Assembly (NCBI GenBank): GCA_963755715.1
Contig: CAVWLW010000057.1
Span: 1-64,000, forward strand
Source: an uncultured delta proteobacterium
GTDB lineage: Bacteria; Desulfobacterota; Binatia; UBA9968
DNA: 64,000 nucleotides
Direction of reading: 5' to 3'
Both the position numbers and the translations under genes were made by a program. This document shows, piece after piece, positions 35,014 through 45,578 of the stretch (position 1 is its first letter; each line of letters begins with the position of its first letter). The notes beneath the pieces are model-generated. The model did no database searches. It saw nothing but the letters and a program-made list of their open reading frames with translations, and was not told the DNA's origin.

Positions 35014-35768
35014 CGAGGGACGCTCGGCCGTTCATCGGCGTCACCGCGGATCTTTCCGAAGCTCCCGGGAAACTCGACAATTATCAAGAATCGACCCTGT
35101 TCGTACCGCAACGGTATTTGAGTGCCATCGAACAAGCCGGCGCGATTGCGCTGGTTTTGCCGCCGAATCAGTCTGAGGCGGCGCTGCACCGGATGATCGG
35201 TCTGGTGGACGGTTTAGTGATCACCGGCGGTAACTTTGATATCCACCCGCGCTACTATGGCGAACGACCGATTCGGGAACTCGGCGCGATCAAAGCGCGC
35301 CGGACGAAGTTCGAGCTGGAAATGACCGCTGCGGCCTTAGAACAAGACGTGCCCATCTTGGGCATCTGCGGCGGCGCGCAAGCGATCAACGTCGCCTTGG
35401 GCGGCTCGTTGTATCAAGACATTGAAAAACAGGTTGCCGGCGCCGGCGCCCACGAACAAGGCGCGCGCAAAAACCATGGCGGCCATCAAGTGAACGTAAC
35501 AGCAGGCACGCGGCTTCACGCCATCGTCCGCCGCAGAAAAATGGAAGTAAACACCACCCATCATCAGGCGGTGAAAAAAGTCGGCCGCGGTCTGGTGGCC
35601 AACGCCGTCGCCGAGGACGGCATCATCGAAGGCATCGAGAGCACCCAACATCGATGGGTTCTCGGCGTTCAGTGGCACCCGGAAGTTTTGGCGCCGCGGC
35701 GCAAGGACCAGCAACGCATTTTCTCTCTTTTCGTCGCCCATTGCGCTCGGCGACGCCGCGGGGCTTGA
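35010..35768 (+). CDS. gamma-glutamyl-gamma-aminobutyrate hydrolase / peptidase C26 family
   Basis: DGLVITGG, LGICGGAQ catalytic Cys, VNTTHHQAV, VQWHPE. Confidence 0.9.
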   Translation: MTRDARPFIGVTADLSEAPGKLDNYQESTLFVPQRYLSAIEQAGAIALVLPPNQSEAALHRMIGLVDGLVITGGNFDIHPRYYGERPIRELGAIKARRTKFELEMTAAALEQDVPILGICGGAQAINVALGGSLYQDIEKQVAGAGAHEQGARKNHGGHQVNVTAGTRLHAIVRRRKMEVNTTHHQAVKKVGRGLVANAVAEDGIIEGIESTQHRWVLGVQWHPEVLAPRRKDQQRIFSLFVAHCARRRRGA

Positions 35769-35784
35769 TGCCTCCCATCCGCTC

Positions 35785-38103
35785 ATGATCGTCGAGATAC
35801 TCAATCCGGATAACTATCAAACGAGTCTCTTCGCTCTGCCGACCTTGCTCACCGCGAGCATCATGTTGGCGCTCGGTCTTCGCGTCCTCATCGGCGAACA
35901 CCGCTCACGCGTCACTATTTCTTTCTTCGTCATGACCACGACGGCGGCGCTTTGGCTGTCGAGCTATTCGCTGATGTATTGCGCACTCGACGAGCGGGTG
36001 GCGGCCGGCTGGAGCCGGATTGGCCAGGTCGGCATCCTGTTTATTCCCGCGTCGGTTTATCACTTTACCCTAGCGGCTTTGGGAAATTATGAGCGCCTCA
36101 AGCGCCGGGTCTGGTTGATCTGGGAGATCTCCCTCGGTTTTTTGCTGACTGTTTTTACCGGCGATGCATTTATCGGCGGCATGCGGCACTATGACTGGGG
36201 CTACTATCCCAAGTACAACTGGATGGGAACGCTCTTCATTTGCTTTTTTTGCGCCCTGATGGCGTTGAGTTTGCACGGCTACTGGCGCGCCTACCGCGCG
36301 GCGCCGGCGGGCGCCGCTAGATTGCGGAGCCAGGGATTACTACGGGCTTTTGGTATCGCTTACCTGGGATCTTTTGATTTCTTTGCGGCGTACGGCATCC
36401 CGCTCTATCCCTTCGGCTACATTCCCGTGTTGGGGTTCATCCTATTTGCCAACCGCACAATTCGACGCTACCGCTTGGTCGATATCACCCCGGAGCTCGC
36501 CGCGAAACAAATTATCAATGCCATGGAGGATGCTCTTTTGATTCTCGACAGCGACGGCATTGTGCGCGTCGCGAATCACAGCGCCTGCGAAATCTTTTCT
36601 CGATCGGGAAGCGACCTCGAAGGCTCGCCGTTATCAACGCTCGCGCCGGCCTTTGCGCCGGTCACGGATTCTTTCGCGCGTGAGCTTCTCGACGGCAGGT
36701 TACGCAACTCTGAATATTCGATCCGCCACGGCGCCACCACCGTGAGCCTGTCATCCTTCGTCATGCGCGACGCGGACCAAGCTCCGATCGCTACGGTTTG
36801 CATGATCCGAGACATCACCAAAGAAAAATCCACGCAGCGTGAAATCCAACGTCATATCGAGCGCCAAACCGCGCTCTACGAGCTCAACCTGGCGGCCACC
36901 TCGACGCTCGAGCTACGCGCCGTACTGGACGTTCTTTTGGAATGGCTCGCCGGCTTGGTCCCCAATACCGCCACAACGGTCTTATTGGTCGGGGAAGCCG
37001 GCGAACCGCTGCGACGAGTCGCTTGCCGCGGCATCGATGAAGCGGCATGGCAATCGACATCCCCGCGCGAAAGCGCGGCGCTTCACCCGGTACTGCGCTC
37101 TAAAGACGTTATTTTGGTATCGAATATCCAGATCGCCAATGACGGACTGGACTCGGCATTTTTTGTCGCCCGAGGATTTCGTTCTTACCTCGGTTTACCT
37201 TTGATCGCGAAAAATCACGCCGTCGGCATTCTCTCTTTTTATTCCCAACAAGAGCGCCACTACAGCGATGAAGAAGTCAATTTTCTCCGCAGTCTGGCCG
37301 GCCAAGTGGCTGTCGCGATCCATAACTCTCAGCTCTACGAGGAGACCAGCCGACAGGCCTCGGCATTGGAAAAAGCCAATCTGGTGAGAGAGGATTTTTT
37401 GGGCGTTATGTCCCACGAGCTGAGAACGCCGCTGAACGTTATCTCAGGCTACGCGCGACTTGTTCAAGAAGGCGTGATGGGCGAGGTGAACGCCGAACAG
37501 AAAAAAGCCTTGGATAAAGTCGGACATCATGCCGACGAGCTCTTATTTATGGTCAACAGCATCATGAACGCGACCAAGATCGAAGCAGGAGCGCTGTCCG
37601 CGGATCGTGAAAGCTTTCTCTTGTCCAGTTTTTTGGACGAGCTGAGGATGCTTTACGATTATCCGTTCGGCAAAGAAATCACTATCGAATGGGACTGTCC
37701 GGAGGATCTGCCTCAGCTGTTTACCGATCGGGACAAGCTAAAACACATCTTGCAGAATCTCATCAATAACGCGCTCAAGTTTACCGAAGAAGGCTCGATC
37801 ACGGTCACGGCTCGCTACGTGGCCGAAATAGACCAGGTCGAGTTGACGGTAACCGATACCGGCGTGGGCATTCCACCGGCAGATTTGCCGCTCATCTTCG
37901 ACCGTTTCCGGCAAATTGATAGCACAAGAACGCGGAGTCACGGCGGGGTTGGCTTGGGACTACACATCGTCAAGACATTCACCGACCTTCTTAACGGTCA
38001 GATTCTGGTCACTAGCAAACCCGGCCGGGGCTCGAGCTTCTCGATCACATTGCCCTGTGTGGGCGAGGAAACCGACGCGGCAAACATTTCAGGCGGCCGC
38101 TAG
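35785..38103 (+). CDS. orphan sensor histidine kinase (7TM-PAS-GAF-HisKA-HATPase)
   Basis: N-terminal TM helices, PAS, GAF, SHELRTPLN, NLINNALKFT, DTGVGI, GVGLGL. Confidence 0.92.
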   Translation: MIVEILNPDNYQTSLFALPTLLTASIMLALGLRVLIGEHRSRVTISFFVMTTTAALWLSSYSLMYCALDERVAAGWSRIGQVGILFIPASVYHFTLAALGNYERLKRRVWLIWEISLGFLLTVFTGDAFIGGMRHYDWGYYPKYNWMGTLFICFFCALMALSLHGYWRAYRAAPAGAARLRSQGLLRAFGIAYLGSFDFFAAYGIPLYPFGYIPVLGFILFANRTIRRYRLVDITPELAAKQIINAMEDALLILDSDGIVRVANHSACEIFSRSGSDLEGSPLSTLAPAFAPVTDSFARELLDGRLRNSEYSIRHGATTVSLSSFVMRDADQAPIATVCMIRDITKEKSTQREIQRHIERQTALYELNLAATSTLELRAVLDVLLEWLAGLVPNTATTVLLVGEAGEPLRRVACRGIDEAAWQSTSPRESAALHPVLRSKDVILVSNIQIANDGLDSAFFVARGFRSYLGLPLIAKNHAVGILSFYSQQERHYSDEEVNFLRSLAGQVAVAIHNSQLYEETSRQASALEKANLVREDFLGVMSHELRTPLNVISGYARLVQEGVMGEVNAEQKKALDKVGHHADELLFMVNSIMNATKIEAGALSADRESFLLSSFLDELRMLYDYPFGKEITIEWDCPEDLPQLFTDRDKLKHILQNLINNALKFTEEGSITVTARYVAEIDQVELTVTDTGVGIPPADLPLIFDRFRQIDSTRTRSHGGVGLGLHIVKTFTDLLNGQILVTSKPGRGSSFSITLPCVGEETDAANISGGR

Positions 38104-38250
38104 TTGGCCTTTTGTTCGCGCTTACCAGCTTCCTTCATTGCCCGCGGCCAATAGTTCTACTCTGCTCCCGGCTTGTGGTTGCAATCTACCTTGGCCTGGG
38201 GCAAACAGAAGAACGAAAACATTTCTGCAAGCGCGGGAAGGAGAAGATTC

Positions 38251-39387
38251 ATGGTAAACAAAACCGGTGGAGACGTGTTCGACCGCGCCGAAGCGGAAAA
38301 GCTGCTCTTCCCCGCGAGCGGCTTGCCGGGCGGCGGCCAACTCGAAGTGCGCATGGAAATCTCGCCCGATCATCCCGATCCGGACATTCGCGGCGTCGCG
38401 CGCCGGGTCAAGTTTTTCAATCTCGAAAGTTGGCACAAGGAATGGACTGAAGTCGCCATTAAGAACGAAGAGCTGGCCTCCGCTTTCGAGCAGGACAACC
38501 GCAAACAGACCGCCCATGAGTTCTATTTGCGCGCCGCCGATTTCTATCGCCGCGCCGTGGTTTATATGGCTGAGAGCGATCCGCGCATGTTGCCGACGTA
38601 TAAAAAACTCGAAGAGAATTTTAACAAAGCCTGGAGCACTGCGACGCCGCCTTTCGAGCGGGTCGAAATTTCCTACGAAGGCCACAAGCTGCCGGCCCAT
38701 TTCTGGCCGGGACGCGGCAAGCCGGGATCGAAGCTTCCGGTTGTCTACAATTACGGCGGCGCCGACGGCATTTTGCTGCGCGGCGAAGACGGCGGCGCGG
38801 GCCAGTACGTCCGCCGCGGCATGTCGTTTATCGACGTTGACGGTCCCGGACATGGCGGCACGCTACGTTATCACAAACTCTACGCGCCGCCGGATTCGGA
38901 GCGTGTCGCCAAAGCGGTGATCGATTACCTCGTCACTCGCGCCGACGTCGATCCCGAGCGCATCGGCCTGCACGGTTCGAGCATGGGCGGTTATTCCGGC
39001 CCGCGTTGCGCCACGATCGAGAAAAGAATCAAAGCCGTCGCCGTCTGGAGCGGCGCATACGATCTGGTCGATGATATATTCGATAATTATCCGCCGATAC
39101 AGGAACGTCTGCGCTGGCTGATAGGCGCCAAAGATCTAAAAGACGCCCGCGAAAAGATCAAAGAGTTTACGCTCATCGGCAGAGCAGACAAAATCGAATG
39201 CCCCCTGCTCGTCGGCTATAGCATCGACGACCGGGTGATGGACCCACGCGGCGCCCTCAAGCTCTACGAGAACGCCGTCAACTCGCCAGACCGCTCGATG
39301 GTCGACGGCGTCGGCCATGGCCAGAAAAAATTCGAAAGGCGGACTTACATCGCCGACTGGTTCATGAAGCAGTTAAAGGCGGGGTAA
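38251..39387 (+). CDS. alpha/beta hydrolase (FrsA / 2,6-dihydroxypseudooxynicotine hydrolase-like)
   Basis: FYLRAADFYR, DGPGHG, nucleophile elbow GSSMGG, DDRV acid, GVGH; RBS AAGGAG. Confidence 0.82.
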   Translation: MVNKTGGDVFDRAEAEKLLFPASGLPGGGQLEVRMEISPDHPDPDIRGVARRVKFFNLESWHKEWTEVAIKNEELASAFEQDNRKQTAHEFYLRAADFYRRAVVYMAESDPRMLPTYKKLEENFNKAWSTATPPFERVEISYEGHKLPAHFWPGRGKPGSKLPVVYNYGGADGILLRGEDGGAGQYVRRGMSFIDVDGPGHGGTLRYHKLYAPPDSERVAKAVIDYLVTRADVDPERIGLHGSSMGGYSGPRCATIEKRIKAVAVWSGAYDLVDDIFDNYPPIQERLRWLIGAKDLKDAREKIKEFTLIGRADKIECPLLVGYSIDDRVMDPRGALKLYENAVNSPDRSMVDGVGHGQKKFERRTYIADWFMKQLKAG

Positions 39388-39412
39388 GCCGCCAAGAAAA
39401 TTGGAGTAAGCC

Positions 39413-40254
39413 ATGCCATCTCTCAATTTCGCCGAGTCTTTGGATCATTTCGTCGTGCCGGTCGACGACATCGTCGTCGCCGAAGAGTTTTACGCGCGCG
39501 TCTTCGGCGGCGTGATCACCAAGCGCAACGGCCTGAACGTCCGTCAACGCAAGCGCGGCGCGGTGCCGCACACGTTTATTCAGATCGGCGGCAAACGCAT
39601 GGGCGTGTATCTGCAAAGCGACGAACGACCAGCGGCCGACCCATGCTCGCGGTTTGCCCACCTATTCGTTTACGACGACGCCGCAAGGTTTGGCTGAAGT
39701 GGCAACAGAGCTGCAAGAGCTGGGCACGGACGTTGAAGGACCGGTAAAAAACACCTATCCATTTACTGATAAGTGCCTTTTCTTTTTCGATCCGGCAGGA
39801 AATCACTACGCGGTTTACACTCCGAAGCGCTCCGACTAAAAATGCAAATGGCGCCATTGGCCGCATGACTGGAGTCGGCTATATCGAGCTCGAAGCTCCC
39901 GACGTAGCGGCTTCGATCCAATTTTACACCACGGTTTTGGGCTTTGAATTGATGAACCGCTCGGAAGACATGCGGCAAGCCACGCTCAAGATGGCTAGTG
40001 GCCAGACTTTGATCTTGACCCAAGCACCCTTCTCTTCCAAGGGACTCGTCATGAGCCGCAAAGTGCCGGGACCGCATATCGCTTTTTACGTTCCGGCTGC
40101 GAGTTGGAGCGCCGCGATATCGCGGTTGGAGCAATTGGAGATTGCCAATGGCGACCGCGGTGCGGCCAAGGAGCGCCACGATGGCCAAGGCGGCACGTAC
40201 ATGGACGATCCCGCCGGCTACGTGATCCAATATATTACGGACGGGATGGAGTAA
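39413..40254 (+). CDS. VOC/glyoxalase-family protein, probably a single two-domain protein split by frameshifts
   Basis: LDHFVVPVDD..AEEFY, FFDPAGN; second domain YIELEAPD..FY, HIAFYV, YMDDPAG; no RBS before 39865, and the upstream frame reads through (TKNANGAIGR-MTG). Confidence 0.75.
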
Positions 40255-40264
40255 GTTTTTGCCG

Positions 40265-41102
40265 ATGAACGATCAAGACAAGCGTGCGCTGCTTCGTAAA
40301 ATTTTCGACGACCCGAAAGGCGCGATCGCGCCGGGGATCACAGACGCTCTGTTCGCTCGCCTCGCCCAAGACTGCGGCTATAAAGCGCTGCATCTGTCGG
40401 GCAATGCCATTCACAGAAACTTTTGTCTCCCCGATCGAAATCTCTTGACGGTCACGCAAATCGCTCAACGCGCCGCGCAGATCGCCGAGGCGACCGACAT
40501 CCCGCTAATCGTGGACGGTGGATCGGCCTGCGTCGAAACGATCGCGCTGGCCCGCGCAGTCAAGCACTATGAGCGCGCCGGCGCCGCCGCGTTGCGCTTC
40601 GAAGACGCGCTTGTGAACGAGTATGGGGCTTCCGTCGACGCGCTGGCGATCGCACCAATCGCGCTTATGACGGAGCGCATCAAGGCGGCCGCCGATGCGC
40701 GCCGCGACCCATCGCTCGTGCTGATCGCGCGCTGTGATTCGCGTCCGCAAGAATCCCTCGCGCAAGTTCAAGATCGCCTGGCGGCGTACGCCGAAGCCGG
40801 CGCCGATGCGCTCGGCGTGCAGCTTTCCGAGATCGACGATTTTCGCCAAGTCGGCGCGGCCGCGCCGGCGCCGCTGGTCAGCATGTGGCCGAGAGGGACT
40901 CATGACAGCGCACGAATTTATTCAAACAGGTTTTCGTGTCGCGCTGCTGCCATCGAGCGTGCCGCTCGCGGCCCTCACCGCCGCGCGGGCAATGCTGATC
41001 GAATTGCAGCGCTCCGGACGGGACCGAGATTACTTCGCGAGACAAAGCGAATTCGCCAAGACCGAAAGCTGGTATAAAGACTTGGGCTCAGGTCTGAAAT
41101 AA
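40265..41102 (+). CDS. isocitrate lyase/PEP mutase-superfamily protein (atypical), frameshift near 40895
   Basis: APGITDALFARL, GYKALHLSG, LPDRNL, IPLIVDG, LRFED, IARCD, AYAEAGAD. Confidence 0.8.
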
Positions 41103-41126
41103 CCCAAATCATTCACTGGAGATTCC

Positions 41127-41627
41127 ATGCTGCAAGAAGTCGCATTGCCACAGGCCTACCGCGTCACACCCACCGGGCTCTACCTGATCTCGACCGCCCA
41201 CGAAGGCAAGCGCAACGTGCAATTCGCCTTCCGCGCGCTAGGGATTTCCGACGAGCCACCGCTGCTCGTTATCGGCATTCAGGACAAAAATTTCAGCCGG
41301 GAGGTCATCCAGAAAAGCGGCGAGTTTGTTGTCAACGTCTGCTCGGAGAATCAGCTGCATGCGGTGGACAAAAGCCGCACGCTTTCCGGACGCGACGTCG
41401 AAGATAAATTCTTGGCCCTCGGCCTGGAAACCATTCCAGCAAAACACGTACAAGCGCCGCTCGTGGCCGGCTGTCACGCCAATGTAGAATGCCGGGTCGT
41501 GCATGAATTCACCGTGGAGGGATTGTTTCTTTTCGTTGGCGAGGCGCTGGTTGCGCACGTCGACAACCAAGTCGCACCGATCGGCCGATTGGCCGGAAAG
41601 AGTTTTCGCCTTGGCAGCCCGATCTAA
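41127..41627 (+). CDS. flavin reductase-like (DIM6/NTAB) protein
   Basis: SDEPPLL, SGEFVVNV, SGRDVEDKF, APLVAGCHANVECRV, FVGE. Confidence 0.85.
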   Translation: MLQEVALPQAYRVTPTGLYLISTAHEGKRNVQFAFRALGISDEPPLLVIGIQDKNFSREVIQKSGEFVVNVCSENQLHAVDKSRTLSGRDVEDKFLALGLETIPAKHVQAPLVAGCHANVECRVVHEFTVEGLFLFVGEALVAHVDNQVAPIGRLAGKSFRLGSPI

Positions 41628-41651
41628 CCAGCCTCAACGAGGAGGCATACC

Positions 41652-42725
41652 ATGAGGAATCGAATCCGGCTTTGCGCTGCATCTTTTGCTCTCGTCATCG
41701 TCTGCTCCATGGCATTTTCGCGCGCCGAAGCTGCCAGCGCCGAAGAAACTCTGGCGAAAATCAATCGGCTGCCAGCCGCCGAGCGCCAGGCGGCGTTGGT
41801 GAAGGAAGCTAAGAACGAAAAAACCGTAATCTGGTATGCACCGATGAACCGCGAGGATCTGCGCCAGTTCACCGCCGGGTTCGAAACGGAATACCCTTTT
41901 CTCAAGGTCGAAGTCCTGACCGGCGGGCCGCAGAGCCTGCTCAATCGCATTTTGACCGAGCGCCGCGCCGGCAAAGATAACTTTGATATACTCAATATTC
42001 GAAGCTCCGCGCTCTACACGCTCAAGAAAGCTGGCGCCATCGGCCGCTACGACTCGCCGCAGCGGCGCGGCTTGCGCACAGGCTTTTACGACAAAGACGG
42101 TTATTTCAACGGCATCTGGGCGTCGCTCATGGTTTACCTGTTCAACACCAAACAGGTCAGCCGCGCGCAGGCGCCCAAATCCGTCGACGATCTGTTGCAA
42201 CCCAAGTGGAAAGGGAAAATGGGCATGGATCAGGACGCCGACGATTACCTCGCCGCGCTGCTCGATTATTACGGCGACGACAAAGGTAAACAGATCACGA
42301 GGAGCCTCGGAGCGCAGCAGTTGAATATCCGCAAAGGCCGCTCGCTGGTTTCTCAACTGGTCGCCGCCGGCGAATTTCCCGTTCAGATCGACGCGCATCA
42401 TCACGAAGCCGTCGCGCTGCGCCAAGCCGGCGCGCCGGTTGACTACGTATTTCCTGAACCGTTCATCCCGGTAAAATCCGTCTCCGCGTTACCGATGTCA
42501 TCCCGTCCGCCTCATCCCCATGCCGCAGCCCTGCTCGTGGATTTTATGCTCTCGAAGAGAGGTCAGGAACTCGCCTTCAAGCAGCGCCGCTGGCCGGCGT
42601 TCAAAGAACTTGCCACCGGCGGCCCCGACGACGTCGGCAACCGCAACACGCTGGTCCCCGACGCAGACAAATGGGGCAGCCGCTATGAAGAGCTGGTGCA
42701 ACTGACTGCATTACTGGGACGCTAG
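41652..42725 (+). CDS. ABC transporter substrate-binding protein (Fe3+/thiamine-type)
   Basis: signal peptide, VIWYA, DDLLQPKWKGK, AAGEFP, PHPHAAALLVDFMLS. Confidence 0.85.
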   Translation: MRNRIRLCAASFALVIVCSMAFSRAEAASAEETLAKINRLPAAERQAALVKEAKNEKTVIWYAPMNREDLRQFTAGFETEYPFLKVEVLTGGPQSLLNRILTERRAGKDNFDILNIRSSALYTLKKAGAIGRYDSPQRRGLRTGFYDKDGYFNGIWASLMVYLFNTKQVSRAQAPKSVDDLLQPKWKGKMGMDQDADDYLAALLDYYGDDKGKQITRSLGAQQLNIRKGRSLVSQLVAAGEFPVQIDAHHHEAVALRQAGAPVDYVFPEPFIPVKSVSALPMSSRPPHPHAAALLVDFMLSKRGQELAFKQRRWPAFKELATGGPDDVGNRNTLVPDADKWGSRYEELVQLTALLGR

Positions 42726-42757
42726 AAATTTCAGCCATTGGTACCACCCTGGCGTCC

Positions 42758-42973
42758 ATGGACAAACGAGAGACACCTCTAAGGGGCGGACGGACGATCC
42801 CAGCCATCGTTCGCATCGAGGATAGCGTGCACCGTCCAGTCAGCCCGCACTCCGCTTTCGTTCATCAACTGCTCATTAATCTGGAAACGCGAGGGTTTTC
42901 CGGTGCGCCACGATTTCTCGAGATTGACTCATCGCACCGAGAGATACTTAGTTACAACGTTTCGGAAGAATAG
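42758..42973 (+). pseudogene. N-terminal fragment of an aminoglycoside-phosphotransferase-like protein
   Basis: LRGG..VRIEDSVHRP..FVHQLL..LE..GF.GAPRFL.ID...REILSY resembles the N-lobe of this family; stops after 71 aa. Confidence 0.55.
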
Positions 42974-42990
42974 CACGAAAGGAAATTCCG

Positions 42991-44004
42991 ATGCGGCAAA
43001 TTTCTTCGATGAAGGCAAAATTTTTTGCACTCGTCTGTCTCATCATTCTTTTAATGATTGCGATTGGTCGTTCGCTCTATGCCGCTTCCCCGTCGCCGAC
43101 CATCGTTCGCGTCGGCTACCCGCAACTGAACGGCGCCGTCATACCGCTCTGGACCATTCAAGAAGGCAAGCTCGATCGGCCTTACGGCGTCGACTTCAAG
43201 CCGATTTATATCCCAGGAGGCTCGCGTCTGACGCAGACCGCGGTTTCAGGCGACGTCGACATCGCCTTGACCGGTGGCGCGGTGATCAACGCGATCTTGA
43301 GCGGCGCCGAGTTGATGTATATCGCGCTTCAAGTGCCGACCTATGCCTTTTCGCTGTACGGCCGGCCCGAAGTCAAAGAGGTGTCGGACCTGCGCGGCAA
43401 GATTCTCGGCGTCATCACCAAAGGCGCGGCTTCCGACCACGCTTCCATCGCGCTTTTGCGGCTACACAAGATGACTCAGAAAGACATGAAGGTTTTATAT
43501 TTTTCGCGCCAGCAAGACGCCCTCGCCGCGCTCGATAAAGGCATCGTCAATGCCGCGGTGCTTTCCGCGCCGACCACACTGATGGCGCGCCGTCTCGGCT
43601 ACAAGCAGGTCGTCAACATTGGATCGCTCAAGCTCCCCTACACCTTTATCGGTGCGGCGGTAAACCGCTCCCTCGCGCGCCAAAATCCTGAGGTGATCAA
43701 GTCGTTCTTGAAAGCCTTCATGGCAGGTTTGAAAGCTTCTAAAGACCAACCGGCTCTCGCCAAGCAGTCCTCGGCGCGCCATTTCGGCAGCCAAGATCCG
43801 GAAATTGCGGACGAGGCTTACAATTCTTTTGTCCCGCTGTTTCCGAGAGTGCCTTATGTCCTCGAAGAAGCCGTGCGCGGCACCCTTGCGGCGACGGATC
43901 ATCCCAAAGCAGCCACGGCAGATCCGAAGATGTTTTTCGACAACCGCTTCCTTCAGGAACTCGAGTCGAGTGGATTCGTTAAAGAGCTTTACGGCAACAA
44001 GTAA
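42991..44004 (+). CDS. ABC transporter substrate-binding protein (NMT1/SsuA type)
   Basis: signal peptide, VRVGY, DLRGKILGV, FFDNRFLQELESSGF. Confidence 0.88.
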   Translation: MRQISSMKAKFFALVCLIILLMIAIGRSLYAASPSPTIVRVGYPQLNGAVIPLWTIQEGKLDRPYGVDFKPIYIPGGSRLTQTAVSGDVDIALTGGAVINAILSGAELMYIALQVPTYAFSLYGRPEVKEVSDLRGKILGVITKGAASDHASIALLRLHKMTQKDMKVLYFSRQQDALAALDKGIVNAAVLSAPTTLMARRLGYKQVVNIGSLKLPYTFIGAAVNRSLARQNPEVIKSFLKAFMAGLKASKDQPALAKQSSARHFGSQDPEIADEAYNSFVPLFPRVPYVLEEAVRGTLAATDHPKAATADPKMFFDNRFLQELESSGFVKELYGNK

Positions 44005-44055
44005 AGAATGGATTAGCTTTTCTTGGCGTGGCGCGGCTCATGGCCGGCTTTGTGA

Positions 44056-45279
44056 TCAGCTCTCGCCGCCCAACCGGACTAACGCCGCCTTGATGCTCGA
44101 GCGCATGCGTTCGAGCGCGCGCGATAGTTCGCCGAACTCGCTTTTGTCGTCGGTCCCCAGCGCGGGAGCATCGAGATCGCCGCTGCTGATTCGGTGCGCC
44201 GCTCGGACCAAACGCAGGATCGGCCGATTGATTCTCCAAGCGAGATAAACGGCCATCAAGACGCCGCCGCCAACTACGAGCAACAGAACTTTGACAAGCG
44301 GCATCACGTCTCGATTGATCTCGGAGGTGATTTCATCACGCCATAACCCAAGCCGCACTGCGCCGATTTTACCATCCATCACCGGTACGGTCACTTCATA
44401 GACAACGCCATCGCCCAGTCGAAAACTCCGCTGGCTCTCGGCCCGGATGTCGCCCAAGGCTGTCGTGTTTTGAACTTCCTCGGGCAAGATGTCTAAACTG
44501 TGAGCGAAGATTTTACCGGCGCGATTCTGCACAATGATATAGGCCACCTCCGGTTGATTGACGTGCTTGCGCAATAGTTCGCGGAGCCCTTTGGCGTTAT
44601 TTTTAAATAGATACCCGGCCGCATTGTCGCCGACGTTGATCGCCGTCAGCCGAGCCCTTTCAATCACCTGCCGGCGCAGCGAAGCGAACAGTGTAAAATG
44701 AACCAGAAAAATCGTGAATAGGCCGAACATCGCAACCACGCCGGTGAAACTAACAACCAGCCGGCACGTTAGGCCGTACCTGTACGACGCCCAGCGTGCC
44801 CACACGCTGCTCGGCGCAGATCGGCGTCTCCCCAATGCGAAATCGGCGCGGGTCTCGGCTGAGGCGATGGGCCGCTCGGAATAAGTTTCTTCGGTTTGAG
44901 CGTTTTGCCGCCACTGGCGGTTTCGGACTATGACTACTTCCGGTGCTTGGACAATGTTTGACCGGGCCGGAGCCGGCATTTTTCGCGAGCGCTCTTCCTT
45001 GATGATGTACAGAGCCGAAATGATGGCCCGCAACGCCAGGAAGATACCACAGACGCCGAGCACTCCATAAAAGAACGATTCCAGTCCCACGCTGGCCAAC
45101 CAGGCTCGCCCACCAACCGGCTCATTGAAGCTCTTTGCTGAATTAACGCCGCTCTTCTGCGGCGTTGAGAGTTCCGCCAAGGTTATCGAATTGCTTCGCT
45201 CGAAGTATGCGAGCAACACGGCAAAGGATCCAAAGGCGAGAATGAAAATCAAAGTCAAAATGAAGAAACGGCTTCTCAT
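44056..45279 (-). CDS. membrane protein with sensor-like domain and C-terminal HAMP, no output domain
   Basis: 4 TM segments; HAMP PILRLVRAAHRISSGDL..EFGELSRALERMR, then stop. Confidence 0.78.
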   Translation of the reverse strand: MRSRFFILTLIFILAFGSFAVLLAYFERSNSITLAELSTPQKSGVNSAKSFNEPVGGRAWLASVGLESFFYGVLGVCGIFLALRAIISALYIIKEERSRKMPAPARSNIVQAPEVVIVRNRQWRQNAQTEETYSERPIASAETRADFALGRRRSAPSSVWARWASYRYGLTCRLVVSFTGVVAMFGLFTIFLVHFTLFASLRRQVIERARLTAINVGDNAAGYLFKNNAKGLRELLRKHVNQPEVAYIIVQNRAGKIFAHSLDILPEEVQNTTALGDIRAESQRSFRLGDGVVYEVTVPVMDGKIGAVRLGLWRDEITSEINRDVMPLVKVLLLVVGGGVLMAVYLAWRINRPILRLVRAAHRISSGDLDAPALGTDDKSEFGELSRALERMRSSIKAALVRLGGES

Positions 45280-45578
45280 CGAGATGGTCCGTTAGAAAGC
45301 AAAAGCTGAACTCAAAACAGCCTGACGGCGCCGACAGTCCTTCCCATAATGACCGAATCTTGCAAAAATCGCTGAAAAACTCAATCACGACAAAATTCCA
45401 TACACGACGATGCGGCGCCAGCAAGCGCAGAGACGCGTCAATGACCACTGGAAGTCAGCGCTCAAAGCTCCAAAAGTCAACGTGTGGCACGGTAGCGATT
45501 TACCGGACGCTCGAAGGTTTCGCCGCAGGGCCTGCGCCGCCCCGGATAGCCGGAACGTAAGTGGCGCTAGCGCTTCGG

